This document shows positions 1 through 13,312 of a stretch of DNA of 64,000 bases, in pieces. Numbering within the stretch: the stretch's first letter is position 1; each line of letters starts with the position of its first letter. The stretch spans positions 208,568,001 through 208,632,000 of the forward strand of contig JANJGN010000001.1 in assembly GCA_026770705.1 (NCBI GenBank), in the 5' to 3' direction. A program made the position numbers and the translations under genes. The stretch comes from Isurus oxyrinchus (lineage: Eukaryota). The notes below the pieces were generated by a model. That model was not told the DNA's origin and ran no database searches. It saw nothing but the letters and a program-made list of their open reading frames with translations.

Positions 1-311
1 TTAGTTATTTAACTCCAGAGGCAATACTTCTCTCAGATTCACTGCTGGGATAAGATGATCCTGAAAATTAAAAAGCAGCATTGTCACTGAAATAGGGCAA
101 TATTCTACCATAGATAGGATAGCATGATAGCTAGTGTAAAATATTACACAATGATACTTTTACAATGATAATCACAATGATGCCTTGTTGCATTAAAACA
201 TTCAATTTCCATTATTTTAAAATGCTTTTAGCTCCATTCATTCTTATTGCCTGTCATGGTTATTCAGGTTTCACATTTATAACAGAATAACAGCATTTTT
301 ATTGAATTTTA

Positions 312-563
312 TGAGTGTGCCTATTAACACCTATTTAGATAATCTCGATCATTTGTCATTTTCAGAAGCTACTCATCAAATGTTTTAAAAATATGAAATT
401 TCCAGATTCTCCCTCTAATACATGCAAGGAATTTTTTTGAGTGTGCCTATTAACACCTATTTAGATAATCTCGATCATTTGTCATTTTCAGAAGCTACTC
501 ATCAAACGTTTTAAAAATATGAAATTTCCAGATTCTCCCTCTAATATATGCAAGGAATTTTTT
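312..563. repeat. Direct tandem duplication, 2 x 126 bp
   Basis: Units 312-437 and 438-563 differ at only 2 positions by eye. Confidence 0.95.
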
Positions 564-1049
564 TTATCAAAATAGGAAAGTACTTTAAAATTAGTTTGCA
601 TGAGAGGTAGATCTTTTTTACCCTCCCCCCCCATGCTGCTCTGGCTGTGTTACTCAATGTGCATTTTGCCACTCTGCCCTGTAATGCTATCTGGCAATGT
701 ACAACCCACTTAACCATTCACGTACTTCACTTCCTCTGTTACTGCCCCTGCTTCACTACCACATGGTTGCAAAACGGGTTGAGGATGCTTTTTTAAACAG
801 CAGCCCTGACATATGAGCTGAGTGACTGAAATGGAAGTATCATTTGGCCACCAGAATAAACTCAATCCTCTGATTTATGTACCACAGGAAAACCAATGTA
901 GACTGGCATACTAGTAGTGAGATCAGGCACATCAGTTAGACTTCATCTATAGGTGTGGTCAACAAATAGCTGGAAAAATATCACCCTCCAGAGGATTTAC
1001 AGGCAAGCTATAAGCTTGCTGCTGGTTACTAGAAATATAGATAATAAGA

Positions 1050-1370
1050 AAAAGCTAAGGAAGTTATGCTAAATTTCGTTAGAAAACAGATTTCAAAGTG
1101 ATCTAACTAGAGTTTTCAAAATCATGAAGGGAAATTAGAAAGCTGATTCAGATATACTTTAACTACTTCAAATATCATGGCTATAAATTTGAAGATTAGC
1201 ATGTTAGACGTGAGAAAGGGGGTACATATTTTCCAAAGGCTAATAGAGCTATGAAATGAGTTACCAGGGAAGGTCAATGAAGCTGACAGTATAAATGGGA
1301 TGAAGAGACAATTAGTTGCTTTCTGGTGAAAGAGAAGGGATTGAGTAATGGTGAAAGCAGGTATGTGAGA
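1050..1370 (+). mobile_element. Old CR1-type LINE 3' fragment
   Basis: Degenerate similarity to the other CR1 3' ends in the window (gatctaactagagttttcaaaatcatgaaggg...). Confidence 0.5.
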
Positions 1371-2089
1371 TTAATTTAAAAAAATTGTGAGAGGTTAAAA
1401 GACATTTTTTTGCATGCAAAATGCTTGCATTCTTACATTGCAATTTAGTTACTACTGGCGAAGACAATCTGTAAAAAAATGTTAAGCACACCTCGATACA
1501 TCGATTTAGAAACAGATTCTTGCAAAGTTACTTACTTAACCTTGTTATAAACCACATTATATCTAGAACAAGTTTAATTTTGTAAAGTAAAACTAATTTT
1601 GTAAAATGGCCAATTACAAAAATTACACACATTACAAAATGGAGGTCTGTGTTTAAGTTGCAGAAACGTAAATCTGCCTGCAATGTTAAAAAATGAGCAC
1701 CCCCAGTGTCTCATTGCATGTCATGGAAACACAGTGATTTGCTACTTGCTCTATGAAGATGCAGTGATGCATGACGTCAATGACACATTCAGCCTAACAC
1801 AAGTCGATACGTACAGCCTATCACAAACTGATGCCCACTATTCAAGTGTTTACAGTGAATGCCTAAACAGATTGTCTTAGTTATCACAAATTGTATTAAA
1901 TTTCTACATATTTAGTGCAGTCAAGCTCATATTGCTTTAGAATGCAATTGTATTCTGTTGCAAAGATATAATTAGCAGGAGGCTGAGAATGGGACTAGGG
2001 TAAAACAAAACGAACTAAGTATTCCAAAATTATGTAATTATGCTTTAAAAAAAAAATTACACACATTCTGAATTAATGCAGCATATTAC

Positions 2090-2196
2090 CTGCCATTCTT
2101 GTCTCTTGCATCAATATCTGCTCCTTGGTCTATCAGGTAATGACACACCTCAGCATGGTTGCTCTGCGCAGCCTGGATCAGTGGTGTAAAACCTTC
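2090..2196 (-). CDS. RAI14: RAI14 coding exon; 107 nt
   Basis: tctag|...|gtaat. EGFTPLIQAAQSNHAEVCHYLIDQGADIDARDKNG(R), an ankyrin repeat; phase 0 in, phase 2 out. The next expected exon was not found in the window. Confidence 0.9.
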
Positions 2197-5058
2197 CTAG
2201 AATTCCAAATAAATGCAGAGTTGCAGAAAAAAAGTTCACATATCACCTCTGTGCACAGAAAAGATCATTAATATTTTAACTTGGAGCAAATTGGATTGGA
2301 AATTTATTTTTGAAAAGTCTTGATGGACTCTGAGAGTGTGTGTGGTATTCAGCCACATTGAATGTTGAATTGCAGTCGAATGCTGCCCTGACATTGAGAC
2401 AGTTACTCTAACATTTAGCTATTGCACTCATAGATGTATCACAGCTAAGATAAGATTGGGAATTGAAAGCATCTGAACCTGATCTGAGTATGTTATTATG
2501 AGTAGCTATCACCGATAGACCTATTTAAGACTTCTTCCATCAATTAGCTGGTGACTAGGAAGTGGATGATAGCGTAGTAATTGGTCAAATTAGTTGTATG
2601 CTGCTTTTCGTGGATAGGACAGGCATGGGCAATTTTCTTCATTGGTCAAGTAGAAGTTAGTGTCACTACCGGTGTGACCAAGAGAACATCTAGCTCTGGG
2701 AACACAGGTCTTTGACAGGGCCCATTGTGTCTCTATCCAGTCTACTTAGTTGCATGTAGGATTAAGTAAATGAGCTTGACACTGGCATCAATAATAGCGG
2801 GAATCTCAGGTGCAGGCTGAGTAGGGCTGAAGTTGCCCAAGAGCATTACAGCCTCGTCTCTTGCCCTTGCAAGAGGGATCAAACTATAGACAGCAGAAAT
2901 ATTAGAAGACAAAGAAGCAAATGCACAAGCCAATGGGATAGAAGGTGAAAGCGTAAAGCCCAGACATTGGTTGAGCAGGTATGGGAAATGAGCCAGGCAC
3001 AATCATGGACCTACTCGACTGCATGAGGAAAAGTCTCAGTTTAGGGAAATTTTCAAAGCTGGGGGCCGGAATTTAATAATCAAACCCCTTTTTCAAGGGC
3101 TTTAACTTAAAAAGCACCATCTCATGTTACTAACAGACTTGTACATTTTCAATGTGCCCTGATTTCCAGCATTTACAGTTTGTCTTTTCATGTAAATTGC
3201 ATAATCTTGTTTTATTTTAATACGAGTATTTGGGATGTTGGATCTACCTTTAGTGTTGCTGGATACGCTGTCATATTTGCAGGTTACTTGAGTTATGCAA
3301 CTATTGTTCTTTAAAAACAAGTACAGTTTCTGTTAAGGTTTCAGTTATGTTCCACTGAAAATAAACACATTAGATGAAATTACTGGGCAATTACCATCAG
3401 GAATTCAGGAATCTCATGTTTGGATTGTTCTACCTGCCCATGCCAAAATGAAGCTTTTAGATGTCAAAAGTTGTATAATTATTTCTTTTGGATTTTTTTC
3501 CCTTCTGCATTTTCCTCTCAATATAATAAAATATTACATGCCAAAGCAATCTTGCAAGGCTTTTAGTTCAATCTCCTGGGGTTAGTTTGAGAAGCATAAC
3601 ATTTCACTTGATTAAGAACACATCGGTTTAAAGTTGACAGGGGACAGATGATATCTCATGTTTTCCACCATAAAAATAGAAGATTAATTGATCAGGAGAT
3701 TCAAAAGCTGCTCATTGTTCAAAAGGATTAACGTGTTTAATTACGCTCACACAACATGTAGCTATAGTATTTAGCACAATAAATAGGCATTTAAGGATTG
3801 CCTGACAAAATATTGTCTTTTTCTTAAAATCCACTGAAAAATTGTAAGCAGCACCTAATACAGACTTCCACAGTTTATTAACCCGACGTGCAATCAATTG
3901 TTGAGAGTTCATTTTTTAAAAATAAGGATAAAGAGTTCATAATTTTCTTCTTAGCCCTCAAGAGTACACAAGGGAGCTAATTTCTCATTCACTAGTGATC
4001 TACAAGAGTGTTAGCCAAAGCGGACTCTCTCTAAGATTGTTTCTCTTCTTCCTGTAGTGAAACACTGGACTTTTGCTTGGCTGCATCCCGCAACATGACG
4101 ATGATCAAATTGACAGAAGAGGGGAGGAAAACAGTGGATGGAATTTTCCATGTCCGCTGGTGTCGGGTGTGATCGGTGGTGAGTGGATAATTTGGTGCGA
4201 TCGGTTTTACGGCGGTAGGAAACCAGTTCGCGACTGTCCACTCAGCCCACCGACGGCAGGCCGCATTTCCTGACATGAGACATCATGAACCTCATTGCAA
4301 TATATCAGCATATCATTATCAGGCTAGCCCACCGGAATCGTCACCCAGTGCTGGATTGCTCCCCCCTCCCCCACCCTGTCGGCAGAAAAGCATGCGATGT
4401 GTTTCACAACAGCACATAAAAAGCGTGCACTGAGCGGGCTGCACTTTGAGGGGAATTTGGAGGTGAGTACACAGTAACGTTGTGCAGCGCTCACCAGGGT
4501 CACCAATTGGGTTTCAAGCTTCAGGGGCGTCAGGGCAACTTTGAGGGGGTGGGGTGAGTTGGTGGGTTCAGGGCAGCCCTGCCTTTGAGGTAGTGGTGGT
4601 GGAGGGATGGGGTGGCAAGGTCAGCCCCCTCCCCCATGCCTGCCCCCCACCATCCTGCGCACCCCCCACCACCTCCAGCACAGACTGCAAATTCACAAGC
4701 ATTTTAGTGGACAGCTGTACCTGCTGTATAATCTCCTCACTAAAGCTGGACATGGAACTGGTGGAGGTGCTCACAGCCTCCTGCAATGTCAGCATCCTAG
4801 TTTGGACCAATCTCCCCAACTGTTTAAGCTAACAGTGCAGCCTTGCAGCGCGGGTTAGGAGAATGCCTGAGCTGAGAGCACAGCATGCAGTCAAATGGGC
4901 AAATCGGCGGCCAATCGGTCGGGTAGAGTGGGGCGGAGGTGGGTGGGGTTTCAGCCAGGCATGCAATGCACTAATTTCTGGCCATCTAAGTGGTGGCCAG
5001 CACTCTCTGGGAAGCGTTAAGGGGCCATCGCACTTAACCATGACAGGTTCTTAGTACT

Positions 5059-5208
5059 AAAAAATAATAATATAAAAACAAAAAACTGCGGATGCTGGAA
5101 ATCCAAAACAAAAACAGAAATACCTGGGAAAACTCAGCAGGTCTGGCAGCATCGGTGGAGAAGAGCAAAAAGTTGACGTTTCAAGTCCTCATGACCCTTC
5201 AGCAGAAC
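5059..5208 (-). mobile_element. Penelope-like pLTR fragment with hammerhead-like motif, inside Harbinger copy 1
   Basis: Same sequence as the arms at 36299 and 56947. It interrupts cttagtac|cccatactaac, which is contiguous in copy 2. Confidence 0.85.
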
Positions 5209-5263
5209 ACCCATACTAACCACGTGTCTCTCTTTCATTCTGCAGGACGAGTACATCAGAATC

Positions 5264-6286
5264 ACGGAGCTTGGTAAACTAGGTGTATGTCTGAATGGCC
5301 TACAGAGCACGAAGACGACGGAGGAGAGAGCGACTGAGGCTCCTGACTGAGGCAGGAGCAGCAACCTCAGGAAGAAGGGGCATCTGGGGCTCCCGTACAG
5401 GCGCCCAAGAGCCACAGTGAGTCTGTGCCTGGCGACACCCAGGGTCTATAGACGCCGCCTTTCATTTTGGCGGATGACCGGGAACCAGTGTCGCCGACGA
5501 CTGCACATGTCTAGAGAACTGGTCGGTTACATCTGCCACTTATTGCAGGATTTGGCGCCACAGGGACATGGAGGGCATCCACTGCCAGTGGCCGTGAAAA
5601 TCAACCCCAGCACTCAACCTCTAGGCCAATGGCTCCTTTCAGGGCTCCACAGGTGATCTCTGTGGAATCTCTCAAGCCACCACCCACAAATGCATCCATG
5701 AGGTCACAGATGCCACTTTTGCGAGGGCACACAACTTTGTGCATTTCACCTGGGTTCAGGACAGCCAGGATGTGAGAAAGATTGCATTCGCCCAGGTCTC
5801 GGGATTCCCACAGATTCAGGGTGCAATCGGTTGTACTCATGTGGTGCTCAGATTTCCTCACAACACATGGCGGACTACTCATCTGCAAAGGGCTCCACTC
5901 ACTGAACGTGCAGCTGGTATGCGACCACCAGAAATGCATCCTGCAGGTGTGCGCACGGTTTCCAGGGAGTGTGCATAACGCCTACATCCTTGGTCAGTCA
6001 CAGATCCCTGGAGTCTTCCAGGGTCCACAGAAACTGTAAGAATGGCTCCTCGGGGACAAGGGCTACCCGCAGAGGCCGTGGCTTATGACACCTGTGCAGT
6101 GACCCCAGACTGCGGCAGAGTGACAGTATAACGAGGCTCGTGCTCCAGCTTGCAAGTTGGTGGAGCAGACCATTAGGATGCTGATTACAAGGTCCCAGTG
6201 CCTTGGCCGGTCTGGTGGAGCCCTGCAATACAGTCTGCAGAGGGTGTCACGGATCGTTGTCGTCTGCTGCACCCTTTACAACCTGG
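5264..6286 (+). pseudogene. Harbinger (HARBI1-like) DDE transposase, frameshifted
   Basis: Motifs spread across frames: RVYRRRLSF, FPQIQGAIGCTHV, KGLHSLNVQLVCD, ARFPGSVH, LLGDKGYP, VEQTI.ML. Start codon is ACG here (ATG in copies 2 and 3). A probable 5'UTR intron spans 4463-5245. Confidence 0.9.
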
Positions 6287-7425
6287 TGGAGTTGGAGCTG
6301 CTGAGGTCACAGGAGGAGGTGATTCGAATGGGCCTGATGCACTTGGAGTCACCTGGATGGATGGCCCCAGGGGGTGCACCTGCTGATCCTCCTCCCTATG
6401 GATGCCAGCTCAAGCAACTGTGACGTGACCGAGTCCAGAGGCTCGTCATCTGATTCGGACTCAGCAAAGTTCTGGCCTCCAGCATCCTCCGAGTGCCAGA
6501 AACCTGGGAAGTCCTTGCCTCCAGCTGCTGTGGATCGAACGGTGCAACGTGCTCACCAGATTGTGATCTCAGGGTCATCCTATGCTAGGTCCCACCGAGT
6601 GTGTTTCTCTGCACTGGTGGAGGGTGTGGGTGAGCGCCTTCAGGTTCCTCTTCAGGCTTGATTGGACGCCCTGGGTCATGGACTCTGTTGGCTGTTTGGC
6701 AGATGTGCCTGCGAAACCAAGGGAAGATAATCAGTGCATGGCAGCAGTCTGTGAAAGAGGACACATCACTCACAGCATGGTTGTCTAGTGGATGTTTAAC
6801 TGCTCGACCCTCACTGGGTAGAGCACTGCCGACCTCACCGTCAGCACAGGACCAGTCCAGGTCATTGCCAGCCAGTTGGATGCCTCTGCGAGGACCTTGA
6901 TTTCGCGCATTCCGCGACCGGTCTGTAACCTCTCCCTCTTGTTTTGTACCAGCTTGTGCTGCATGAACAGAGATGGAAAAAATGTAAGCAGGACACCTGC
7001 CAGGCCAGATGATAAGTATGCCTGGCCTGAGTGGGTGCTAAGCGGTCCTATGGACAGGATGAGAGCAACGACAGTGAGTGAGAGAGAGCGAATGGTGATG
7101 TCCCTTGAACCAGCAGTGAGTGAGGGCCCTGTGGATGTGTGATGGGGTTTGTGAGTGTGAGAGTTGAAAGTGATCAGAAGAGTCATTTACCTGAGCGGAA
7201 CGGAGGAGATAATTCATCCAACTGCGGCATGGGTGACTGTCCTATGTTGAAGGGCGTTGGCGCTGACCACCACTGCCACGCCTCCCAAGCCGGGTTAGTG
7301 CTGTTGCTGCCCATGCTGCGGCCAGCGCCGGGGTAGAGGACATCCCGGTGGGATTCCACGGCATTCAAGAGGCACTCGAGGGATTGTCTGGGGGCTGCAG
7401 TCTTCTCCAGTTTCAGGGTAATGTC
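6287..7425 (-). pseudogene. Harbinger Myb/SANT-like accessory gene (spliced), decayed
   Basis: TAAPRQSLECLLNAVESHRDVLYP...NPAWEA; exon 2 QHKLVQNKRERLQTG. Homologous to copies 2-4. Confidence 0.85.
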
Positions 7426-9420
7426 TTCCGTGCAGCAGTGGTGGGCTGGAAGCACTGAGATGTGTGCTTGTGGCTGGACTTTAAATATGGCGCCTGCCAT
7501 GATAGCGGGCGGGCGGGCCAATGGAAATGGCGTGTTTCCCAGGAGAGCATAAATGTTGTGGCAGATTTGGGACAATACGGAATGAAAACCCGGCATTGCG
7601 GCCAGCGGGTAAAACATCGTTCTACCCGCCCACTACTGCACTTACTGCAAATCTGGGACGATTCTGCCCAGTGTTTTCTTATTCCATTCTTATTCTGGCT
7701 GCAAAGTTACATTTTATCACAATTTTTAGCAGATTTCAAATTACAGAATCTCTCCAGACAGCATCATGGTGGAGTCACATAACATACAGAAACAAAAGTT
7801 CTAAAAGCAATTCTACCAACTTTACAGTAAAAGGTTGTGATTTTTGAATTGTGCCAAATAATGTCTTGATTATATCAGTGACATAAATATAATCAAGATT
7901 TTAAAATAATACATCCTAATAAATAAGTAGCTGTTATAATATTCACGTGGGGACTGCACAGGGTGTTAAATAGAAGTGTCAAATAATTTGGCTAGAAACA
8001 GTTCTATGCAGCACACAAATAGTGTACTTTCTATTCTTAATCAGGAAGAGAGAACTGAACAGCATAAAATTCCCTTGGAGCCAAGGAAACAAAAACCTTT
8101 TTGAACTGAAGAAAAGCTTTCTCTTATTTGAAGGTTTTGTGGAATCTACTTAAATATGCAACAAGTATTTCCATAATTATTTAATGTGAACATTCCAGAG
8201 GAATGAATACTTAAAATGTCAATTATTTTCTGTGCATTTTAGAACGAGGCTAGTTTAGTCACACCTTTCTATGTCCACAATCTAAATAAGTTTAGAAAAA
8301 ATGTTGTGTACCATGTTAAATGAAGCATTTCAGTATTTATTCTGCTACAGATTATTTAAACAGAGACCACATATGCATTTTGCATCAGTAAATCAGTGCA
8401 TGCTGTGATCACAACATGCATTTCTAAAAGCTTAATTGTCAATTAATCTGCCACATACTTCATTAAGAATACTGACAGAAGTATTCTGGAATATGCAAAA
8501 ACATCCTAACTATTTAAATTGAAACAGTACCGCTCAATCTGTAAGAACTGAATCAATCTGTCTTTTTAATTTGAATTAATAAACCCTATTTACAAGGCCT
8601 GGCTACACGGAGTTGAATTTTCTTCAAGTAATAGATTGAAGGCAAAAAACGTTTAAAGGTTTATTCTGAGGTGCTTTTTTTTAATACCTTTCCAGTGACT
8701 ACTTTTTTTTACTTTCAACTATTCAGCCAATTACTAGATGTAACCTTTGTAAGCTCAATTTTGTACCCAATTATAACTATCGTAAACTGCCAATGCATTG
8801 CAGGAAACTGGCAAGCATGAACAGCTTTAAATGAGACAGTAAATGTCATTGGTGGAAAACAACCAGCCTGGATAGAATAGTGGAGTCGTCAAGATGCACC
8901 AGTATTATGGAGGATGTTGCTCAGTTGCCATAAGGAACAGGTCAAGGGAGGAATTTTGCTCAATATTCCCTTTGAAATTAAACTAATTGGGACAAGTCTA
9001 TAAAAGATTATACACGGTGTGTGGGACCTAAGACTTGACCAGTCAAATTGCCTTCTCAATTCTATTCGTACCTTTTTATGTAACAAAATTCTTAGGCATA
9101 TTGTTATTGCATATAAGTATATCCCCAGAGCAAGGCCAACCTGAACGAGTTAAACTATCTATCCATATTATTGGATCTCCCATGAGCATGCAAAACATTG
9201 TTGCATGAAATGCATATTATAAGGCACACTGAGTTAGTGACTGGCTAAGTTAAATTGCGGGAGAAATCCATTCATGTCATTTCCCCGGGGCAGACAGCAC
9301 TGCAGGCCCAATGATATAATGGAGCAGCTCTGCACAGGCCACGGCCCATGTCGTTGCCTGCCCCTAGCAAATCAATGTACTTAGTGTAGCACCACTTCCC
9401 AAACAAAGTTTGCCCACATC

Positions 9421-12400
9421 GTCCAGAATTTTCCAGCCTTGTTGGAGACCAAAAATCGGTTTCGCGCCACCATGAAACCAGTTTGCGAACATCCGCTCCA
9501 CCTGTCAATGATGGGTCTCAACAGGAACGTCATTTTAATACATTTGCATCTAATTATAAGCTCTGCTTGCCGGAATCATTCCCTCGCATCAAATGTACCG
9601 CCCACGTCAGCGTAACTTCAGAATGGCGTGCTTCACGACTGCCTTTAAAAGGCGTGCACCTGGCGACCTAAACTGCGAGGCGATCTCGGAGGCGAGCGCA
9701 GGCAACCTTGCACAGCGCTCACGAGCATCACCTGTAGCACATCAAGAGGTACTGTGCATTTGCAGGGGACAGGCAAGTTGCTTTTTCCCGGCTGGCTTCC
9801 AGTGCAGTGCTGGGGCAAGGCAGCACAGGCAGATTGAAGGAAATACTTAAGTACATGTGGGCAGGAGTTGGGGGAGGGAAGCAGCCACACAGTGGAAAAA
9901 GCTGGTCAAAAGTAAGCATTCTTCTGCAGCTGAGACTTTTCAGCTGCAGCTCCATTGACATGCTTGGAGTCAGCCCTCTGAAGCTTTTCTGCCCACTTAA
10001 GCAACGCAAAAGCATGGAAGTGTCAACAAATGCTCCAGAACTTTTCACCCCTTGGGGCAGACTGCAAATTAATGTGCATTTTAAGGGGCAGCAGAGCAAT
10101 TGGCCGACTGGGCAAGTTGTACAATCCACTTGCAAAAGATGGCCATGGCACAGTCACTGGTGGAAGTGCTCACAGCCCCTTGCAATGTCTTTATGAAGGT
10201 TTGGACCAGTATCCATTATGATTCAAGCTAACAGTGCAGCCTTGCAGTGCAGGTTAGGAAAATGCCTGCGCCTGAGCTGAGCTGAGAGCACAGCATGCAG
10301 TCCAATGGCCAAAGCTGCCGCCTATCGGGCAAGTTGTGTGGGGTGGAGGTGGGTGGGGTTTCAGACAGCCAATGAGTGCACTACACACTGGCCATCCAAG
10401 TGCTGGCCAGCACTCTCCTGCATGCATGAAGGGGCCTTCAGGCTTAACCAAGCGATGCTCTTAGTATACCCATGCTAACCCATGTGTCTCTCTCTTTGAT
10501 CCTACAGGATCATGGAGCCTGGTGATTTAGAGGTATGCGTCATGGCTTACAGAGACCAGAGAAGAAGAAGAGAGCGAGTGGAGCATTGGCTTGGCACAGG
10601 GAGGAGCATCTCCCTCAAGATGAAGGAGCAGCAGAGCTAGTTGTGCATGCTGCTGAAGATCCACAACGAACCATCGCTCGTAGGCAACTCACTAGACCCA
10701 GGGTCTATAGACTGGTCATTCCTGCAGATGACCGAGAACCAGTATTGCCGAAAACTGCACATGTTTAAGGAACTTGTAGGTAACACCCATGCCAAGGCTG
10801 TGCAACTACATCTTCTTAACCTTGCTAACCCTGCTGCTACAGCTTGGTGCTCTGCCAACATCCATAGCACAGGTTGAGGCAGCCTGCTGACTGCTACGCC
10901 CTCTGTGTCATGACCTTGGCGGGCGTCCTCTAGAAAGCTGAGATCTGGAGGGTCCCAACCTGATTTTGGGATCCTGTTGTGCAGCAGTGGCACCCTCCTT
11001 GGCCTGTGGAGCTGGAGTTGCTGGGGTCACAGGAAGAGGGGACTCAAATGGGCCAGACACTCATGGAGTTACCTGGGTGGATGGCCTCCACCTGCTGATC
11101 TTCCTCCCTATGGGTGCCCGAGGGCCGCTGGCCTGACTCCTTGAGGAGAAAGGGAATCTGGAGTGAGATCAAGCTGGCCTGCACCCCTCTCGCGTTGACA
11201 TTGTTGGAAGCATACTATTGTGTCAGCAATGGAGTTCAGCCTGTGCGTAGTGCAGTACCGGTGACCTGGACCAAGGTCTCCATGGGAGCCACCATCCTAC
11301 CAATATTGACCTCAGTGCATTAGCATGCCGGCACCACCACCTCAGCCTGAAAGCAGATGGGTTCCTCCACCGTGCCCTGCAATCAGAGGAGTGCAGCAGA
11401 CATCCCTTCCTGATGTTCCCGAGCTTGCCTTTGCAGCTCCAGCAACTGAGGTATGAGTGAATATGACTGAGGCTCATCATCTGACTTGGACTCAGCAGAT
11501 TTCTGGCCTCCAGCAGTCCTCCGAGTGCCAGAAACCTGGAAGTCCCTGCCTCCACCTGCTGTGAATCAAACAGTGGGATGTACTCACCAGATTGAGACTC
11601 CAAGGGTACTCTAGAACTAGGTCCCACTCAGGTGTGCGTCTCTGCGCTGGTGGAGGGTGTGGGTGAGCGCTGTGACAGGTCTTCAACTAAGGCAACATCA
11701 GATTCTTCTTCCGCGTTGCCTTCGGGGCTTGACTCGAGGACCTAGTTCATGCATCCCTCGGCTGCTTCCCAGATGTGCCTGCAAAAACCCAGAGAGATAA
11801 TTAGTGCATGGCAGGGGACTGTGGAACAGGGGAACTGACTCACAGCATGGTTGTCTGATGTTGCGCTGCTGGATCTTCACTTGGTAGAACTCCGCCGACC
11901 TCACTGTCAGCACAGGAACAGTCCCAATCATTGCCATCCAGTTGGATAGCTCTATTTTCAGTCTGTGAGGACCTTGATGTCAGGCATTCCTCCACCAGTC
12001 TGTGACCTCTCTCTTCTGTTGTGTGCCAGCTTGTCCTGCATGAACACAGATGGAGAGAATGTAAGCAGGACATCTGCCAGGCCAGAGGAGAAAGATGCCT
12101 GGCATGTGTTGGTGGTGTGTGGTGCTATGGACGATCCGCAAGGCAGATGGGTGTATGTGAGAGAGTGTATGGTGACGTCCCTTCAACTGGCAGTGAATGA
12201 GACCCTGTGGATGTGTGATGGGTTTGAGAGTGTGTGAGTTGAGAATGATGAGAAGAGTGACTTACCCTCGTGGAATAGGGGAGGTCATTCATCCTCTTTT
12301 GGCAGTAGGTGGCTGTCCTCTTTTACAGGGCGTTGGTGCTGACCACCGCCTCCCATGCTGGATTTGACACCTTGCTTGTTGATCTACATTCAGAGTTGGG

Positions 12401-12762
12401 GTAGAGGACTTCACAGTGGGCCTATACTGTGTCCAGCAGGCGCCTGAGGGAGACGCTGCTAAATTTGCAGGCAGCATGTTTCCTCCCTTCGGCAGTCAAG
12501 ACTTTGCAGCAGCTTCCGATCCCTTAGAGAGCGCTAGCTCTGTGCACAGGTTGCCCTTTAAATGTGGCACCTGGCTTGAGGTGGCGGTGGGGCGGGCGAA
12601 CCAGAGGCCGCCCCACCAGCATTCTGGCGTGTTTCCCGAAATGCATTATTAATGAGGCCAGGAATGGGGCGAAAAAGGCACAAAAACCTGCCATTGTGGC
12701 TGGCGGGTAAAACATTTCCAGTTTGCTACCAGACTGTGTGCAAATCTGGGACGATTCTGCCC
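9421..12762 (+). mobile_element. PIF/Harbinger DNA transposon, copy 2 (transposase largely deleted)
   Basis: TIRs gtccagaattttcc / gggacgattctgccc; TSD ATC/ATT (1 mismatch). Only the transposase 5' part remains (10512 to about 10780). Myb/SANT remnant on the minus strand at about 10860-12477. Confidence 0.88.
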
Positions 12763-13019
12763 ATTGCATTTCTGTTTGAATATGTGGATGTTTTCACACT
12801 CCAGTTTGATGGCTTTGTGCATATTTGTACATTTTGTGCTATTCAGTGAGTAATTTTCTACGGTGTAATAAAGAAAGTATTATTGTGTTGGTACATTTTA
12901 AGTTGCCAGAGATAAAATAAATAGTGGTTAGAAATAGATAGCTGAATGTGAAATAGAGTAAATGGTGTTAAATGGAATCAAAATGAATCCAATTGAAAAA
13001 GATGAAAATGTATACAGGA

Positions 13020-13312
13020 AGATGTTTAAAAATAAGGGGTCGCTCAGTCAAGACAGAGATGAGGAGAATTTTTTTCTCTGAGGGTCATGAGTGTTTTGAA
13101 CTCTTCTTCAAAAGGCAGTGGAAGCAGGGTCTTTTTGAATATTTTTAAGGCAGAGCTAGGTAGATTCTTGGTTAACAAGTGGGTGAAAGGTCATCAGGGA
13201 AGGCAGGAATATGGGGTTGAGGTTACAATCAGATCAGCCATGATCTTACTGAATGGTGGAGCAGGCTCGAGGGGCCGAGTGAGCTACTGCTGCTCCTAAT
13301 TCATATGTGCGT
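13020..13312 (+). mobile_element. CR1 LINE 3' end
   Basis: gagatgaggagaattttttt...agatcagccatgatcttactgaatggtggagcaggctcgaggggccga; a 3' end shared with other copies in the window. Confidence 0.8.

Larger units (their letters stand above)
4136..7669 (+). mobile_element. PIF/Harbinger DNA transposon, copy 1 (decayed)
   Basis: Imperfect TIRs ggatggaattttcc / gggacgattctgccc; 3-bp TSD AGT (4133-4135, 7670-7672); convergent transposase and Myb/SANT remnants. Confidence 0.92.

Noticed and set aside
1-61. AG acceptor (ttttcag) on the minus strand as the next RAI14 exon
   Set aside because: In phase it reads R-IILSQQ-stop rather than the expected TALMLACE-type ankyrin sequence. There is no support without RNA data.
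4568-4832. Possible third Harbinger gene in the transposase 5' intron (LVQTRML.LQ..VSTS, similar in copies 1-3)
   Set aside because: Similar peptides appear in several frames and on both strands, as expected from plain DNA homology. No codon-level signal was discernible by eye.
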